From positions 988,506 through 1,052,505 of the forward strand of contig CAVWHX010000004.1 of assembly GCA_963754925.1 (NCBI GenBank): a stretch of DNA of 64,000 nt, in the 5' to 3' direction. The position numbers were made by a program, and so were the translations under genes. Below, piece by piece: positions 19,386 through 29,876 of this stretch (positions within the stretch are counted from its first letter, which is position 1; every line of letters begins with the position of its first letter). Source of the stretch: an uncultured delta proteobacterium (GTDB lineage: Bacteria; Myxococcota; B64-G9). The notes under the pieces were generated by a model. The model saw only the letters and a program-made list of their open reading frames with translations, was not told where the DNA came from and did no database searches.

Positions 19386-20198
19386 ATGCTTCCAGCCGAG
19401 ATCGATTTATTTTTACAAGAGGTTAACAAGCAGGAGCCTGACTTCACTCGGAGGCTGATTAAGATTACCGATCGATTTTTAGGAACACGATATCTCGTAT
19501 CCCCACTGGGCGAAGGCGAAGGTAACCCTCCTGATACCGATCCCTTGATACGCTTCGATGCCGTCGATTGTGTTACCTTGGTTGAGGAAGCCATGGCGCT
19601 TGCGCGCTCCGAGAATCTGGCGCAGGCGAAGGTGGTGCTTCAACGGATTCGTTACCTGAATGCACGGATTGGTTATCGGTATCGCAAGCACTTCATGATA
19701 GCCCAATGGATTCCTGACAACCAGAAGGAGGGTTTTCTGGAGGACATCACTGATTCGATCGCCGGTCAATCAACGCTCTGGATCACCAAGCGCCTTGACT
19801 CTCATATCTGGAATCAACGTACCCATAAAAGTCGCTGGCCCAACCTTGCGGCTAACGATATTCCCTCCGGAGAGGCCCGCCTCCCGATTATCCCCATCAA
19901 GCGTATGAAGGATTTTCAATCTGCGGTTCCCAATGGGGCGATCCTAATCATTGTCCGGCAGGATCTCCCAACGATTCCCGAGCGCATTTCTCATATTGGT
20001 CTCATACTGTCGATTAACGGTCGCCGCTACGTGAGACATGCAGCATCCGGAAAAATTAGCCGAGTCATCGATGAACCGTTCGATTCGATGATTCGACGCC
20101 ATAGCGCCTATCGACGGTGGCCCGTGTCGGGGTATAATTTTCAGCGGGTGTTGGCGGGTGACGAGCCCCCTATGCCATCACCGACGCCACGGGAGTAA
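19386..20198 (+). CDS. DUF1460 (N-acetylmuramoyl-L-alanine amidase-like) domain protein
   Basis: RYLVSPLGEGEG...DPLIRFDAVDCVTLVEEAMALA matches my recollection of the DUF1460 N-terminal signature. 270 aa. Confidence 0.65.
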   Translation: MLPAEIDLFLQEVNKQEPDFTRRLIKITDRFLGTRYLVSPLGEGEGNPPDTDPLIRFDAVDCVTLVEEAMALARSENLAQAKVVLQRIRYLNARIGYRYRKHFMIAQWIPDNQKEGFLEDITDSIAGQSTLWITKRLDSHIWNQRTHKSRWPNLAANDIPSGEARLPIIPIKRMKDFQSAVPNGAILIIVRQDLPTIPERISHIGLILSINGRRYVRHAASGKISRVIDEPFDSMIRRHSAYRRWPVSGYNFQRVLAGDEPPMPSPTPRE

Positions 20199-20315
20199 CT
20201 TCGAAGTCGGAAGACTAGCCGGAGAGTTGCCGAGGCCGAACTTTTCGGGTTGAATTCAATGGGGCGTCATGATACAAAATTATGAAAGCAAGCAGGTATA
20301 AGCCACGGAGGTTGA

Positions 20316-21921
20316 GTGCTTAAACTGATCATCGAAGACGATGAGGGAAATACTACTGTCGTCCCTCTCACCCAGGACGAGATTACGATTGGTCGGAAGG
20401 AAGGAAACACCATCCGGCTGACCGATAGGAACATTTCTCGCCAGCACGCGCGCTTGATCCGCTCTAACAGTTCGTTATTTATAGAGGATCTCGACAGTTA
20501 TAATGGGGTTAAAAGTCAACGGGAATCGCATCACAGCGCGAACCACTATTCGAGAAACCGATCACCTAGATATCGGTGACTACCACGTATCCTTTCAACA
20601 AACAGACGAGGCCGAAACCGGAAGCGTCGTCGACCGCGACCGCGAGGTTACCGGTCGAGTAACCATTGAGCCCCCGCCGCCGCCGTTAGCCCCCGATAGT
20701 TCAGGCGGGGCGCCTCAGCCAGCAACGGAAGATCAATCCTCTTTCCCCGGGGAGGTTGCTCCAGCGGACACCAAGAGCGTAGCCCCGGAGGTACCAGAAG
20801 ATATACCAGCCAAAGAGTCTTTCACCAACCGGAAGCTGTACTTGGCATTCGGCGCTTTGGTGGCCGTGGTCTTGATAAGCATCAGTGTGTACATAATTAT
20901 GCAAGCCGTATCAAGTCCCCTCAACAACAGCCAAGTTAATAAAAGCAAATCCAGTTCTACCGAGGTTGCGTCACCACCCATCAACCAAACCTCAGTTGAG
21001 TTCGAGATAGCTATGGATAGGTTGTCGGCTCGCGATTATGACGCAGCGCTCAAGAATTTCGAGGCGGCTTTAGCCAAGGATCCGGGCAACAATACCTATA
21101 TGAAAATGCGCGACCAAAGCATCAAGGAAAAAGATGCAGCCAATTCCCTCAATAAACTGAGGACGTTGATTTCCAACAGGAACTGGGACCAGGCAATAAA
21201 AATCAATTTTCCGCCAGATACCGTTGCAGCCAGAGAGGCCGCCCAACTGCGCTTGGAGGTGGAAGATCAATTCAAAACCTCCCACCTCAAACAGGGCCAG
21301 TACGCTCTTGAAAAGGGTCGTTTTTCAGATGCAATCAAACAATTCGAGGCCGTTCTGACAATCGACGAGGAAGATGTCACCGCTCAAAAGCTCAAACAGG
21401 CCGCGGAGAAATCACTGGTTGGCGAGTCACGGAAAGCCGAGGGGGGGAAAAATAGTATCACATCGGCTCCGGTAACCCATCAAACCGATTCGCTTCAAAC
21501 CAACAAGGCACCCGGTCCTGAAATCGTTGAGATCGAGGAGGAGAGCCTCGATTCTCCGGAATCCAAAAACACCAAAACACAGGAACCGCCCACCGGTAGA
21601 GCGCCGGAGCCTGCCGCTGCCAAAGCGCCGGAACCAAAAACGAACAAAGCGCGAGAGCCTCAGGAAGTGCGTGGCAGTGCTCTCAAGCTCTTCAATGAAG
21701 GTAAATTTGATGAAGCTATTGTATTGTTTCAGAAAGCGCTTAAGGCTGATTCGAACGATTGTGCCTCGTACCGGTACCTCGGTACAGCCTACCTAAAGAT
21801 TGGCGATAAAGTCAAGGGTTATAAGGCGTTCAGAAAATTTGTCGAAGTATGCCCAAACGATATGCAGGCGCCTATGGTACGTGAGAGTATTGAACGGTAC
21901 GAGAAGGAACAGGGGAATTGA
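20316..21921 (+). pseudogene. FHA domain - TM - TPR protein, split by a 1-nt frameshift in the aaaa run 20511-20514
   Basis: ORF 20316-20579 ends its homologous part at ...FIEDLDSYNGVK. ORF 20503-21921 continues KVNGNRITARTTIRETDHLDIGDYHVSF, completing one FHA domain. Downstream are a TM helix and TPR-like repeats. Confidence 0.8.
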
Positions 21922-21922
21922 A

Positions 21923-22047
21923 GCATAAGAGATTGTTGACGAACGAAGTGAGGATTATTAGAGATTGTTGCGAGCAGAGCGAGCTTACAATCTCTTATGC
22001 TCTGTACAAGCACTTATCCTGCGGACAAGCCCTTGTCCTTTTAAGGG
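21923..22047. repeat. composite intergenic hairpin repeat, copy B (nested / alternative pairings)
   Basis: AGAGATTGT (21960-21968) pairs with ACAATCTCT (21987-21995) around TGCGAGCAGAGCGAGCTT. GCATAAGAGATTGT (21923-21936) is also perfectly complementary to ACAATCTCTTATGC (21987-22000). The loop-type segment TGACGAACGAAGTGAGGATT lies at 21937-21956. Confidence 0.75.
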
Positions 22048-22048
22048 A

Positions 22049-23424
22049 CTAGCCCTGGGGTGTGCCGCCGCCTTTGATTGCAACGCGGATCTGCTCAACA
22101 GAAATCTCTTTTTCAAGCATACCCCGAGCGACGGTATTGAGCAAGACCGTCGCCAGGTGTTTGCCGAGTATGTCAAGTAGAAAATAGTCATTTTTATTGA
22201 GGGTCGCCTTTTGACGGAAGAGCTCGTGGACCGTGATCAAACCGAGGACTCGTTCCCCGTACACTAATGGCGCCGCTACCAGAAGCCTCACGCCGCTATG
22301 ACCAACCGGCCAGGGCACCGGTAACGTTTGAATGGCGCGTTCCTGCACGGCACGCGCCAGGGGACCTTCGATCGTCAGTCGCTCGGCCACATCTAACAAC
22401 AGCCCTTGCAAGGCGATCGGAATCAGGCGGGCTGGGTTTCCCTCAAGTAAAAAGATCCCATACGAAGAGATGCCCACGAGGTTGCACAGCGCATCGCACG
22501 CCACCGAGAGCGCGCTCTTCGGCGCATTCTCGGCTTGTAAATGTTGGGTCAGAGTCAGAATGGAGGAGAGTCGGAGGTGATCGCGCTGAAGTTCTTCAAG
22601 CGAAGCGCGCAGTTCGTCGCGCTCGCATTCCAAGGCGGCTATCGTAGCATCGGCAGGTAGCGTGGCGGTGGGCTCACCGGCATCTTCCAAGTGATAGGTG
22701 AGCCTGCTAAAAATTTTGCTCCCATCAAGTGAGCCCAGCATTTTTTGACTGGACGCCAACCGATCGATGATGGTGCGACTTTCACTGTCTAGGTGAATAA
22801 AGCGCACTCCCATACCGCCGATCTTGCCGGGTAATGATTCGATCCGACGCACCACCTGGCCGTAGGCGAGAACCGGTTGGTGGATACCGGAAGACAAGGA
22901 GAACGATAGTTAAGACGCGCACCAACCGGCAACGGTTCGTTCATCTCGATGAATACGCCGGTCCGGCTGATGTCATGGGTGTACTCGAAAAATATTCCTT
23001 TAAAATCCTCAAAGGATACCTGCAACGAGGTCGGAATACGGGGGAAGCGGCGCTTCTCGGCGCTGCCCAGCAAATCTTCCACCTTGCGAAGCAAGGTCGC
23101 ATCATCGAGCGGTTTCGTGAGATAATCATCGCATCCTGCCTGCACCGCTTGTCGTATGTCTTCATCGCGGCTCGATGAGGTGATGATGATGACCGGAGTT
23201 GCGCGCAGTTTGGGATCCTGCTTGATCTGCCGGCATAACTCGTGACCGGGAATGCCCGGCATATGCAGATCAATGAGCGCAAGATCGGGTGGATTGGTAC
23301 GGATTTTTTGCCAAGCCTCCGTGCTATTAGCGGCTTCTTCGATCGTGTAACCGCGCCACCCGAGAACGTTTGCCTCAAGGCGCCTAAATAATTTCACATC
23401 ATCGACAATCAGGATCCGGGTCAT
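22049..23424 (-). pseudogene. response regulator receiver - PilZ - coiled coil - GAF protein, split by a frameshift near 22908-22914
   Basis: ORF 22789-23424 holds the REC domain (IVDDV, LIDLHMPG, TKPL) and the first PilZ half (RRFPR, DISRTG). ORF 22049-22897 holds the second PilZ half (PVLAYGQVVRRIE...GMGVRFIHLD) and a GAF-like C-terminus. That frame is open from just after the ctt-aac codons. Confidence 0.8.
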
Positions 23425-23491
23425 GCGGCACTCCGCATTGCAGTGGCCGTATACCGTTGCCTCAAAGCAGCTGCGTTGCCTTCCGTATCTA

Positions 23492-24784
23492 TCAAGGACT
23501 CAGGCTCCTCGCCTGCTGAATCTCTCGAAATCCCGCGTATGGTACCAATGCTTCAGGCAGCACGACCGAACCGTCGGCACGCTGGCCGACCTCGAGCACA
23601 GCGGCGAGCGTTCGGCCAACTGCCAGTCCGGAACCGTTTAAGGTGTGTAGCAACTCTGGCTTCTCGCCCTGGGCGCGGCGAAAGCGGATCCGCGCTCGAC
23701 GCGCCTGATAGTCCTCGAAGTTCGAGCACGAGGAGATCTCGCGATAGGCGTTTTGTCCAGGCATCCAAACCTCCAAATCGAAGGTTTTAGCCGCCGAAAA
23801 ACCCAGATCGCCGCCGCAGAGCTGAACAACCCGATAGGCCAACCCAAGTTTTTGCAGGATCGCTTCAGCGTTCTGCGTCAACGATTCAAGTTCGGCATAG
23901 GATTCCTCGGGGCGGCAAAACTTAACCAACTCTACTTTGTCAAACTGGTGCTGGCGTATCAACCCGCGCGTGTCGCGACCGGCCGCGCCGGCCTCGCGTC
24001 GAAAGCAGGCGCTATACGACACGTACTTTTTGGGCAATTCAGCCGCATCAAGGATCTCGTCGCGGTGGAGGTTGGTCACCGGCACCTCGGCGGTTGGAAT
24101 CAGGAAGTATTCAGGTTCAACGGTCTTGAAGGATTCCCCCTCGAATTTGGGCAGCTGACCGGTGCCCTGCATGGTGTCGCGCAGCACCAGATACGGTGTC
24201 TGTACCTCGGTGTATCCGTGCTCGTGGGTATGTACGTCGAGCATGAAGTTGATCAATGCGCGCTCAAGCCGAGCGCCGCGATCGATGAGTACGGTAAAGC
24301 GCGCCCCGGAGAGCTTAGCCCCCCGGGCGAAGTCAAGGATTCCTAACCGCTCGCCTATTTCCCAGTGCGGCTGTGGTTCGAAATCGGGGCGGGCGGGTGT
24401 GCCGACTGTGCGTATAACGAGGTTGTCATCCGAGCTGCGGCCAAATGGAGTCGACTCATGCGGGATGTTCGGAATCACCAGAAGCAGCTCGGCCAGCTCG
24501 GATTCGACGGATTTCAATTCCGCCGCCCGCTCCTTTTCTTTGCTCGAAGTGACTCTCAACTCTGCGCGCGCCGTCGTAATTGCCTCTGCAGATCCTTTGA
24601 GTTCCACCATCTTATTCGAGGCTATCTTTTGATCGCGACGCAGACCCTCCACCTCTCGAATGAGGAGTTTGCGCTTTCCGGCGAGCGCGACAACACGCTC
24701 GAGTGCCGGGATTTCCCCACGCAGCGACAACCGGGACTGAACCTCGTTTGTTTGGTCTGTAACCTTCTTGAGATCGAGCACCAA
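23492..24784 (-). CDS. serS: seryl-tRNA synthetase
   Basis: N-terminal coiled-coil arm followed by class II motifs ([25 protein letters not shown]). 430 aa. Confidence 0.95.
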   Translation of the reverse strand: MVLDLKKVTDQTNEVQSRLSLRGEIPALERVVALAGKRKLLIREVEGLRRDQKIASNKMVELKGSAEAITTARAELRVTSSKEKERAAELKSVESELAELLLVIPNIPHESTPFGRSSDDNLVIRTVGTPARPDFEPQPHWEIGERLGILDFARGAKLSGARFTVLIDRGARLERALINFMLDVHTHEHGYTEVQTPYLVLRDTMQGTGQLPKFEGESFKTVEPEYFLIPTAEVPVTNLHRDEILDAAELPKKYVSYSACFRREAGAAGRDTRGLIRQHQFDKVELVKFCRPEESYAELESLTQNAEAILQKLGLAYRVVQLCGGDLGFSAAKTFDLEVWMPGQNAYREISSCSNFEDYQARRARIRFRRAQGEKPELLHTLNGSGLAVGRTLAAVLEVGQRADGSVVLPEALVPYAGFREIQQARSLSP

Positions 24785-24919
24785 GCGGCTCCATAAAAAA
24801 TTAATAGACTGGCGCTATCGTTACCGGTGGTGAATTTTCACGCCTCTGAACGACGCCACCTTGGTATACACACATAATGAGTGTTTTGCCAAGTAATGGC
24901 AAACGGGTCTCTCGGGTTT

Positions 24920-27900
24920 TTACTCGTTTTGTAAATAAGCAATCTCGTCTTTAATATCAGCGGCATCGGGAGCATCAGGGCGCAACTGTAGGTAACGACG
25001 AAATTCCACAACGGCAAGATTTTTTTTGTTGTTGGCCTTGTAAATGTACCCGAGATAATAGTGCGGCTGGGCATTGTCGGGTTCCTGTTTGATCGCCTCT
25101 AAATAAAATTTTGTCGCGGCTGCCTTTTGGTTGAGCTCGTCATAGGTGCGCGCGAGGCGCAGGGCTACTCCCGTGGCTTTTGGATTAGCTGCCAAGGCTT
25201 TTCGGTAGACTGTTAATGCTTCCGGCAACAGGCTCTGGCTGTGGTAGACGTCGCCCAGGAGGAGGAGCAGCTCGAGGTGCTTCGGCTGCGCGGCGATCGC
25301 CCGATTGAGGGTGGTGACCGCCTCCTGGTACTGTCCTCGGTCGATGAGCAATTTGCTGAGTTCTTGAACGGCTCCAAGATGATCGAATTTGAGCTTGACG
25401 GCCGTGCGGAACTCTTCCAATGCATCGCCCCATTGCTTGCTGGCGAGAAGCGTCTGTCCCATGGCGTAGTGAATGTCAGGGTTATTGGCATCGATCTCAA
25501 TGGCGTTCTTGAGCAACTCCTGCGACCGGTCAAGACTGCCCTGCTGATACAACAAAATGCCTAACCGCGTCTGGGCCTCGACATTGCCGCTGTTGAGATC
25601 AATGGCGGTCTGAAAGTACTTGGCCGCCCCCGGAGCGTCGCCGTTTTCGAGGGAGGCGATGCCAGCCTGGAGGTAGAGTCGATCATCTTTTGGACTGAGG
25701 TGGATGGCTTGACGATAGAGGTCGAGCGCCGCCGGGTAGTCCTTGCGCACCAGGAGGGTGTAGGCATATTCTTCGGCTAAGCCCGGATAGTTCGGGGCGA
25801 GTGCCGCTGCTGCTTGGTAGTTGGCCACCGCCTCGTCGTAACGACCGAGCTCGCGATAGGTGTTCGCAAGGTTAATATGTGCCGGGGTGAACTCTGGATC
25901 GTTCTTTAGGGCCTCTTTAAACGCAGCCTCGGCCAAGCTGAAGTTCTTTTGACCGAAGTGCATCTCCCCGAAACCGTTATGAACCGCCGCTGCATGCGCG
26001 TCGATCGCGGCGGCCATGGCAAGTTGATCCTGTGCGCCTGCTGGGTCTCCACGCTTCTGCGCCATCTTCGCCAAGGCTACGTGGGCCAAAAGAAATTGGG
26101 GATTGCGTGCTAGAGCTTTTTGATAGTAACCGAGTGCGTCATCCGGTTTAAGGAGTTGCTCGGCAAGTTGTCCCAGGTAATACAGCGGCCAGGGATTTTC
26201 CTTGGCGGCAGCGCCGGCTTGCTCCAGGAGCGCTTTTGCTTTTTGAATGTCGCCCGTTTGCCACAACGAACGGCCCTTACCAATTTGGGCGTCGAGGTTT
26301 TGTGGATCAAGCGTCAGAGCCTTCTCGAAATCGGTAAGCGCCGGGGCATGCTCGCCCATGGTCGCATAGAGGGTACCCTGTACGACCAGGTAGGCGACCT
26401 GTTTGGGCGCAAGATCGATGGCTGAGGTTAAGTCGGCAATCGCGCGAGCATTCTTGTGCTGACGCATCATGATCTTCGCCCGCAAGAAAAATGCCTGGGC
26501 GCGCTCGCTCGGCGCCAGCTCCTCAAAGTGTGTATCGAACACCTGGTTGAGGTACTCTTCGCCGTGGGTATGATCGGCAGTGATCTCGATCATGATGCGG
26601 GCGAGTTCTAATGCCGAGCTCGTATGCTGCGGATTTTTCTCGAGGGCTTTTTGGTAAAAGAGAACTGCATTTTCCATATCGCCTTGCAAAGCTTGGATTT
26701 CACCGAGGGCGTGGTATGCCTTGGCGAACGCAGGGTCGATCGCGGCGGCGCGGTCAAGATACTGGGCCGCCTCGCGCCACTTCTTTTGGTAGGCAGACGC
26801 AAAACCAGCTATCACCAGCGCCTCTTTGTCGAGCGTAGTTTCCTTCAGCAACGGATCGAGACGTTGGAGCGCTTGGACCGGGTTGGTGAGAATCAACGAG
26901 GCTGCCTCGACCGTAGCGGTCTCAGGGCGTTCAGGAAAATTTTTCTTAAGCTCGTCAAGCACCTTTTGGCAACGGTTTTGGAAATAATCATTGGCGCCGT
27001 ATTTGCGCAACAACGTCGTGTACGACAGCCCAAGCCAATACAGATCATCGACAGAACGTTGACTTTGTTCGAGGGTCGGCTCCAAGGAGGCGATTACCTT
27101 CTTGTAACCGGCAAAGGTGTCCTGGGCGATGCTTAATCGTATATCATTGGCGCCCGCGGATGCCATCGTCGCCCGGACATCTTGGCTCAGGCCGCCAGAA
27201 TCGGATGCAGTGCTGCCGTGGGTGTCGCTGAAAATTCGGTAGGCAAAGACGCCGTAGCGGGTCAGCCCCAGACCGAGCCCAATGATAATTACAAGAGCTG
27301 TTCCGCCAAGCGCGGGCAGTAGTGGCCGGAATCGGGCAATTGCTCCGCCGCGATCGATGTCTAACGGTAGGGACCCGTCGCCCGGGCGCCGCTGGATCCG
27401 CTGCTCATCAGTGCGCTCGGGTGCGGTGTCAGGCTGTGGTGGTACCGGCGAAGAAATAACCGGTTCGTCCATGAGTTTCCTAATGGTGTCGGCAAACTCG
27501 GGGAATGCCCCTAATGGTTTATAGTTCGTCCCGTCACCCGATGCTTCCTCGTTGCCCATCAACTGGTGCTCGATAAGCATTTGGTTAATAGTTTCACTAT
27601 CGAACGGACCGAAGACCTTGCCGCTCTTGCGCCGAATACGGTAGCGCTGTTGGCTGGTTATCGTTGGGGTCGCGGTCTCGGCGTCCGCAACCTCAGGACC
27701 GGAGATGTCGCGGTTTTGGAATTCGAAGATCTGCCCTTCATTACTGACGGGAGATTCTGCCACGGTATCGGGTCTGGGCAACGGAGGCAACGGTTGTTCG
27801 TGGAGCGGCGGTAACGAGGAACCCAGCGGAGGCACGGGCGTCCGTGGCGGTTCGCTCACCAGGTCAAGGCCTGAGGGCGACGGGGCGGTCGAGACAGACG

Positions 27901-28156
27901 GAAGCGGCGGTAAATCGTGGTGAGCTGGTTTTGCCGCATGATCGAGTTCGAGTGACTCTACGGTCGTGCCGCTGTCCGTGCCGATGGCCTTCTGATCGAC
28001 TGCATTAAAGTCGAAGATCTCGCCGCCACCGCTTGCTTCGTTGGTGACGACAAAGGTGGCCAGACAACGGGGGCAACGAATCTGCAAGCCCTCGGGTCCA
28101 ATGCGCCCCTCATCTATGTTGTATTCGGCCTTGCATGTTTCACAGCGCACCTTCAT
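24920..28156 (-). CDS. MJ0042-type zinc ribbon - GYF_2 - TM - TPR repeat protein
   Basis: MKVRCETCKAEYNIDE...IRCPRCLATF zinc ribbon. A GYF-like segment YRIRRKSGKVFGPFDSETINQMLIEH...YKPLGAFPEF. One TM helix, then about 700 aa of TPR repeats. Confidence 0.85.
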   Translation of the reverse strand: MKVRCETCKAEYNIDEGRIGPEGLQIRCPRCLATFVVTNEASGGGEIFDFNAVDQKAIGTDSGTTVESLELDHAAKPAHHDLPPLPSVSTAPSPSGLDLVSEPPRTPVPPLGSSLPPLHEQPLPPLPRPDTVAESPVSNEGQIFEFQNRDISGPEVADAETATPTITSQQRYRIRRKSGKVFGPFDSETINQMLIEHQLMGNEEASGDGTNYKPLGAFPEFADTIRKLMDEPVISSPVPPQPDTAPERTDEQRIQRRPGDGSLPLDIDRGGAIARFRPLLPALGGTALVIIIGLGLGLTRYGVFAYRIFSDTHGSTASDSGGLSQDVRATMASAGANDIRLSIAQDTFAGYKKVIASLEPTLEQSQRSVDDLYWLGLSYTTLLRKYGANDYFQNRCQKVLDELKKNFPERPETATVEAASLILTNPVQALQRLDPLLKETTLDKEALVIAGFASAYQKKWREAAQYLDRAAAIDPAFAKAYHALGEIQALQGDMENAVLFYQKALEKNPQHTSSALELARIMIEITADHTHGEEYLNQVFDTHFEELAPSERAQAFFLRAKIMMRQHKNARAIADLTSAIDLAPKQVAYLVVQGTLYATMGEHAPALTDFEKALTLDPQNLDAQIGKGRSLWQTGDIQKAKALLEQAGAAAKENPWPLYYLGQLAEQLLKPDDALGYYQKALARNPQFLLAHVALAKMAQKRGDPAGAQDQLAMAAAIDAHAAAVHNGFGEMHFGQKNFSLAEAAFKEALKNDPEFTPAHINLANTYRELGRYDEAVANYQAAAALAPNYPGLAEEYAYTLLVRKDYPAALDLYRQAIHLSPKDDRLYLQAGIASLENGDAPGAAKYFQTAIDLNSGNVEAQTRLGILLYQQGSLDRSQELLKNAIEIDANNPDIHYAMGQTLLASKQWGDALEEFRTAVKLKFDHLGAVQELSKLLIDRGQYQEAVTTLNRAIAAQPKHLELLLLLGDVYHSQSLLPEALTVYRKALAANPKATGVALRLARTYDELNQKAAATKFYLEAIKQEPDNAQPHYYLGYIYKANNKKNLAVVEFRRYLQLRPDAPDAADIKDEIAYLQNE

Positions 28157-29021
28157 GATCGTTCTCTCCCGTCACTACCGTCGTGCTGTGAGAAGAACCG
28201 CCAAATTCAAAGCGCAACTTCAATTGTAGGTAGCGTTGTAATGGGGTGAGGAGACCTGATCCAAATTCCTGATCACGCTGATTGGCCAGACGTTGATGGA
28301 TCACCCGTTCGGTTAGCTGCTGGGCCTCTGCCACGGTCATCCCGGCAACCTGCGCCAACTCGTCTGGTGAGAGTGGATCGTAGCGTTTTTTCATACCGAC
28401 GTACTCGATAAAATCTTCCAGCGCCTCCCGGTTGACGATAGAGAGATGACCGTCGCCCTTTTTTTGAACGAGGCCAAGCATAATCAAGTGATTGATGATC
28501 GCATCGGCCCGTGACGTACTTAACCCCGCTCGGCTTGCCAAAAGTTGCGTATCCAGAGCGGCGCCGCTCTGATCGACAAGCGCCAAGGCACCATCAAGGT
28601 TAATGAGGGCATCGGCAACCCGAGCCTCGTCATCGCGGGAAAGTACGGCGAGGGTACGATCGTTCGCCTCTCGCAATCGATGGCACAGGGATCGAATCAG
28701 GCGGGCGCCGATCTCCACATTTTCCGAGAGGATCTTCTGAAACAACGCGTGATCCAGCGTCACTATTACCGCGTCGGTTATCGCGGTTGCAGTCGTGGAA
28801 TGCACCTGGTTTTCAATCGCGCTCAGCTCGCCAAAAAAATCTCCCGGCCCCAGAATGGCCAGGCACAATTCATCCTCCGTGACCTGCCTGTGGAGTTGGA
28901 CGGTACCGTCTTGGATGATGAACACCTCGTTCGCGGGATCGCCCTCTCGGTAGATGACCGCGCCGCTCTGAACCTGGCGACCGTGTCGGTTGATTACCGG
29001 ATCGATTGATAACTTCCTCAT
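28140..29021 (-). CDS. cyclic nucleotide-binding domain regulator (Crp/Fnr-like)
   Basis: cNMP-binding beta-barrel signature GPGDFFGELSAI and a wHTH-like segment (LASRAGLSTSRADAIINHL). The 3' end overlaps the next gene start by 17 nt. Confidence 0.85.
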   Translation of the reverse strand: MRKLSIDPVINRHGRQVQSGAVIYREGDPANEVFIIQDGTVQLHRQVTEDELCLAILGPGDFFGELSAIENQVHSTTATAITDAVIVTLDHALFQKILSENVEIGARLIRSLCHRLREANDRTLAVLSRDDEARVADALINLDGALALVDQSGAALDTQLLASRAGLSTSRADAIINHLIMLGLVQKKGDGHLSIVNREALEDFIEYVGMKKRYDPLSPDELAQVAGMTVAEAQQLTERVIHQRLANQRDQEFGSGLLTPLQRYLQLKLRFEFGGSSHSTTVVTGENDHEGAL

Positions 29022-29077
29022 TCATCCACCTCGCGTCTCGCGCGTAATACGTATTGAACCACACAGCCGAAATACGG

Positions 29078-29650
29078 TCAATTTTGAGCCGCAGTCTTTC
29101 CGAACTCGTAGGCGCGTCGGCACACCGTTTGAGATTCCCGGGCTGCGGTCGGGTCTTCCAAGCCCCTGAGTAGCAGAGAGCCGGCGTACGTAAGATCCAA
29201 TGCCTGAAAAAAATAACGCGCGGTACGTTCAATGCCGACAAATAGATCAGTGCGCCGTTGGGCCGCTACCCCAATCAGGTACCCACGGCCGCGGGCCGCC
29301 CGGCGGGGCAGGTGCTTTTTCTCGCGCCGGCGTTTGCAAAAACAAGCTTGGCATCGATCGATCAGGGCTTTGAGTTGGGCGGGAAGGCCATAGAAAAAAA
29401 CCGGCGCAGCCAAAATAATAACATCGGCGGCTAACAGACGGGGATACACGTCCTGCATGGCGTCCTGGATCTGGCAGCCATCGGCTTCCTCGCAGTAGCC
29501 GCATGCTCGACAGCCGGAAATCGACAACTCGGCAATCCTGATTACGTCGGCCTGGGCTCCCGCACTGGTTGCGCCGGCCAGGGCCTGTTCAAGCACGGTG
29601 TTGCTGTTGCCGGAAGCGCGGGGGCTTCCTAAGATGCCCAGCACCATCAT
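29078..29650 (-). CDS. iron-sulfur flavoprotein / NADPH-dependent FMN reductase family
   Basis: Flavodoxin-like start GILGSPRASGNS plus the compact cluster motif C-x2-C-x2-C-x5-C (CRACGYCEEADGC) known from Isf-type proteins. Confidence 0.8.
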   Translation of the reverse strand: MMVLGILGSPRASGNSNTVLEQALAGATSAGAQADVIRIAELSISGCRACGYCEEADGCQIQDAMQDVYPRLLAADVIILAAPVFFYGLPAQLKALIDRCQACFCKRRREKKHLPRRAARGRGYLIGVAAQRRTDLFVGIERTARYFFQALDLTYAGSLLLRGLEDPTAARESQTVCRRAYEFGKTAAQN

Positions 29651-29684
29651 GTGCGTTGCCCTCGCGCCGGCTTTGTCATTGTGG

Positions 29685-29876
29685 CTATTTACGTTTTCCG
29701 ACTAACTGCGGATCAAAACCCTGACAACCGCAGTCTGGTTGATAGCAGGTAACGTTACGGAAGACACATTTCTGTTTGCAATGGGGGCATATCTCGGGCG
29801 GGCGGTGCAGCTCCAAAATCGTACCGCATTCATTGCATTCCCAATATAGCTTCTCGTCCTTGACGTTATCGATCAT
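29685..29876 (-). CDS. small rubredoxin-like / zinc-ribbon protein
   Basis: 63 aa with two CxxC knuckles (CNECG, CPHCK) plus further Cys (CYQPDCGC). Sits directly upstream of the flavoprotein gene. Confidence 0.55.
   Translation of the reverse strand: MIDNVKDEKLYWECNECGTILELHRPPEICPHCKQKCVFRNVTCYQPDCGCQGFDPQLVGKRK

Noticed and set aside
24785-24919. Looked for a T-box or other leader upstream of serS
   Set aside because: There is only one short hairpin (TTGCCA-N5-TGGCAA). I found no specifier-loop or T-box consensus, and T-box control is not expected outside Firmicutes-like lineages.
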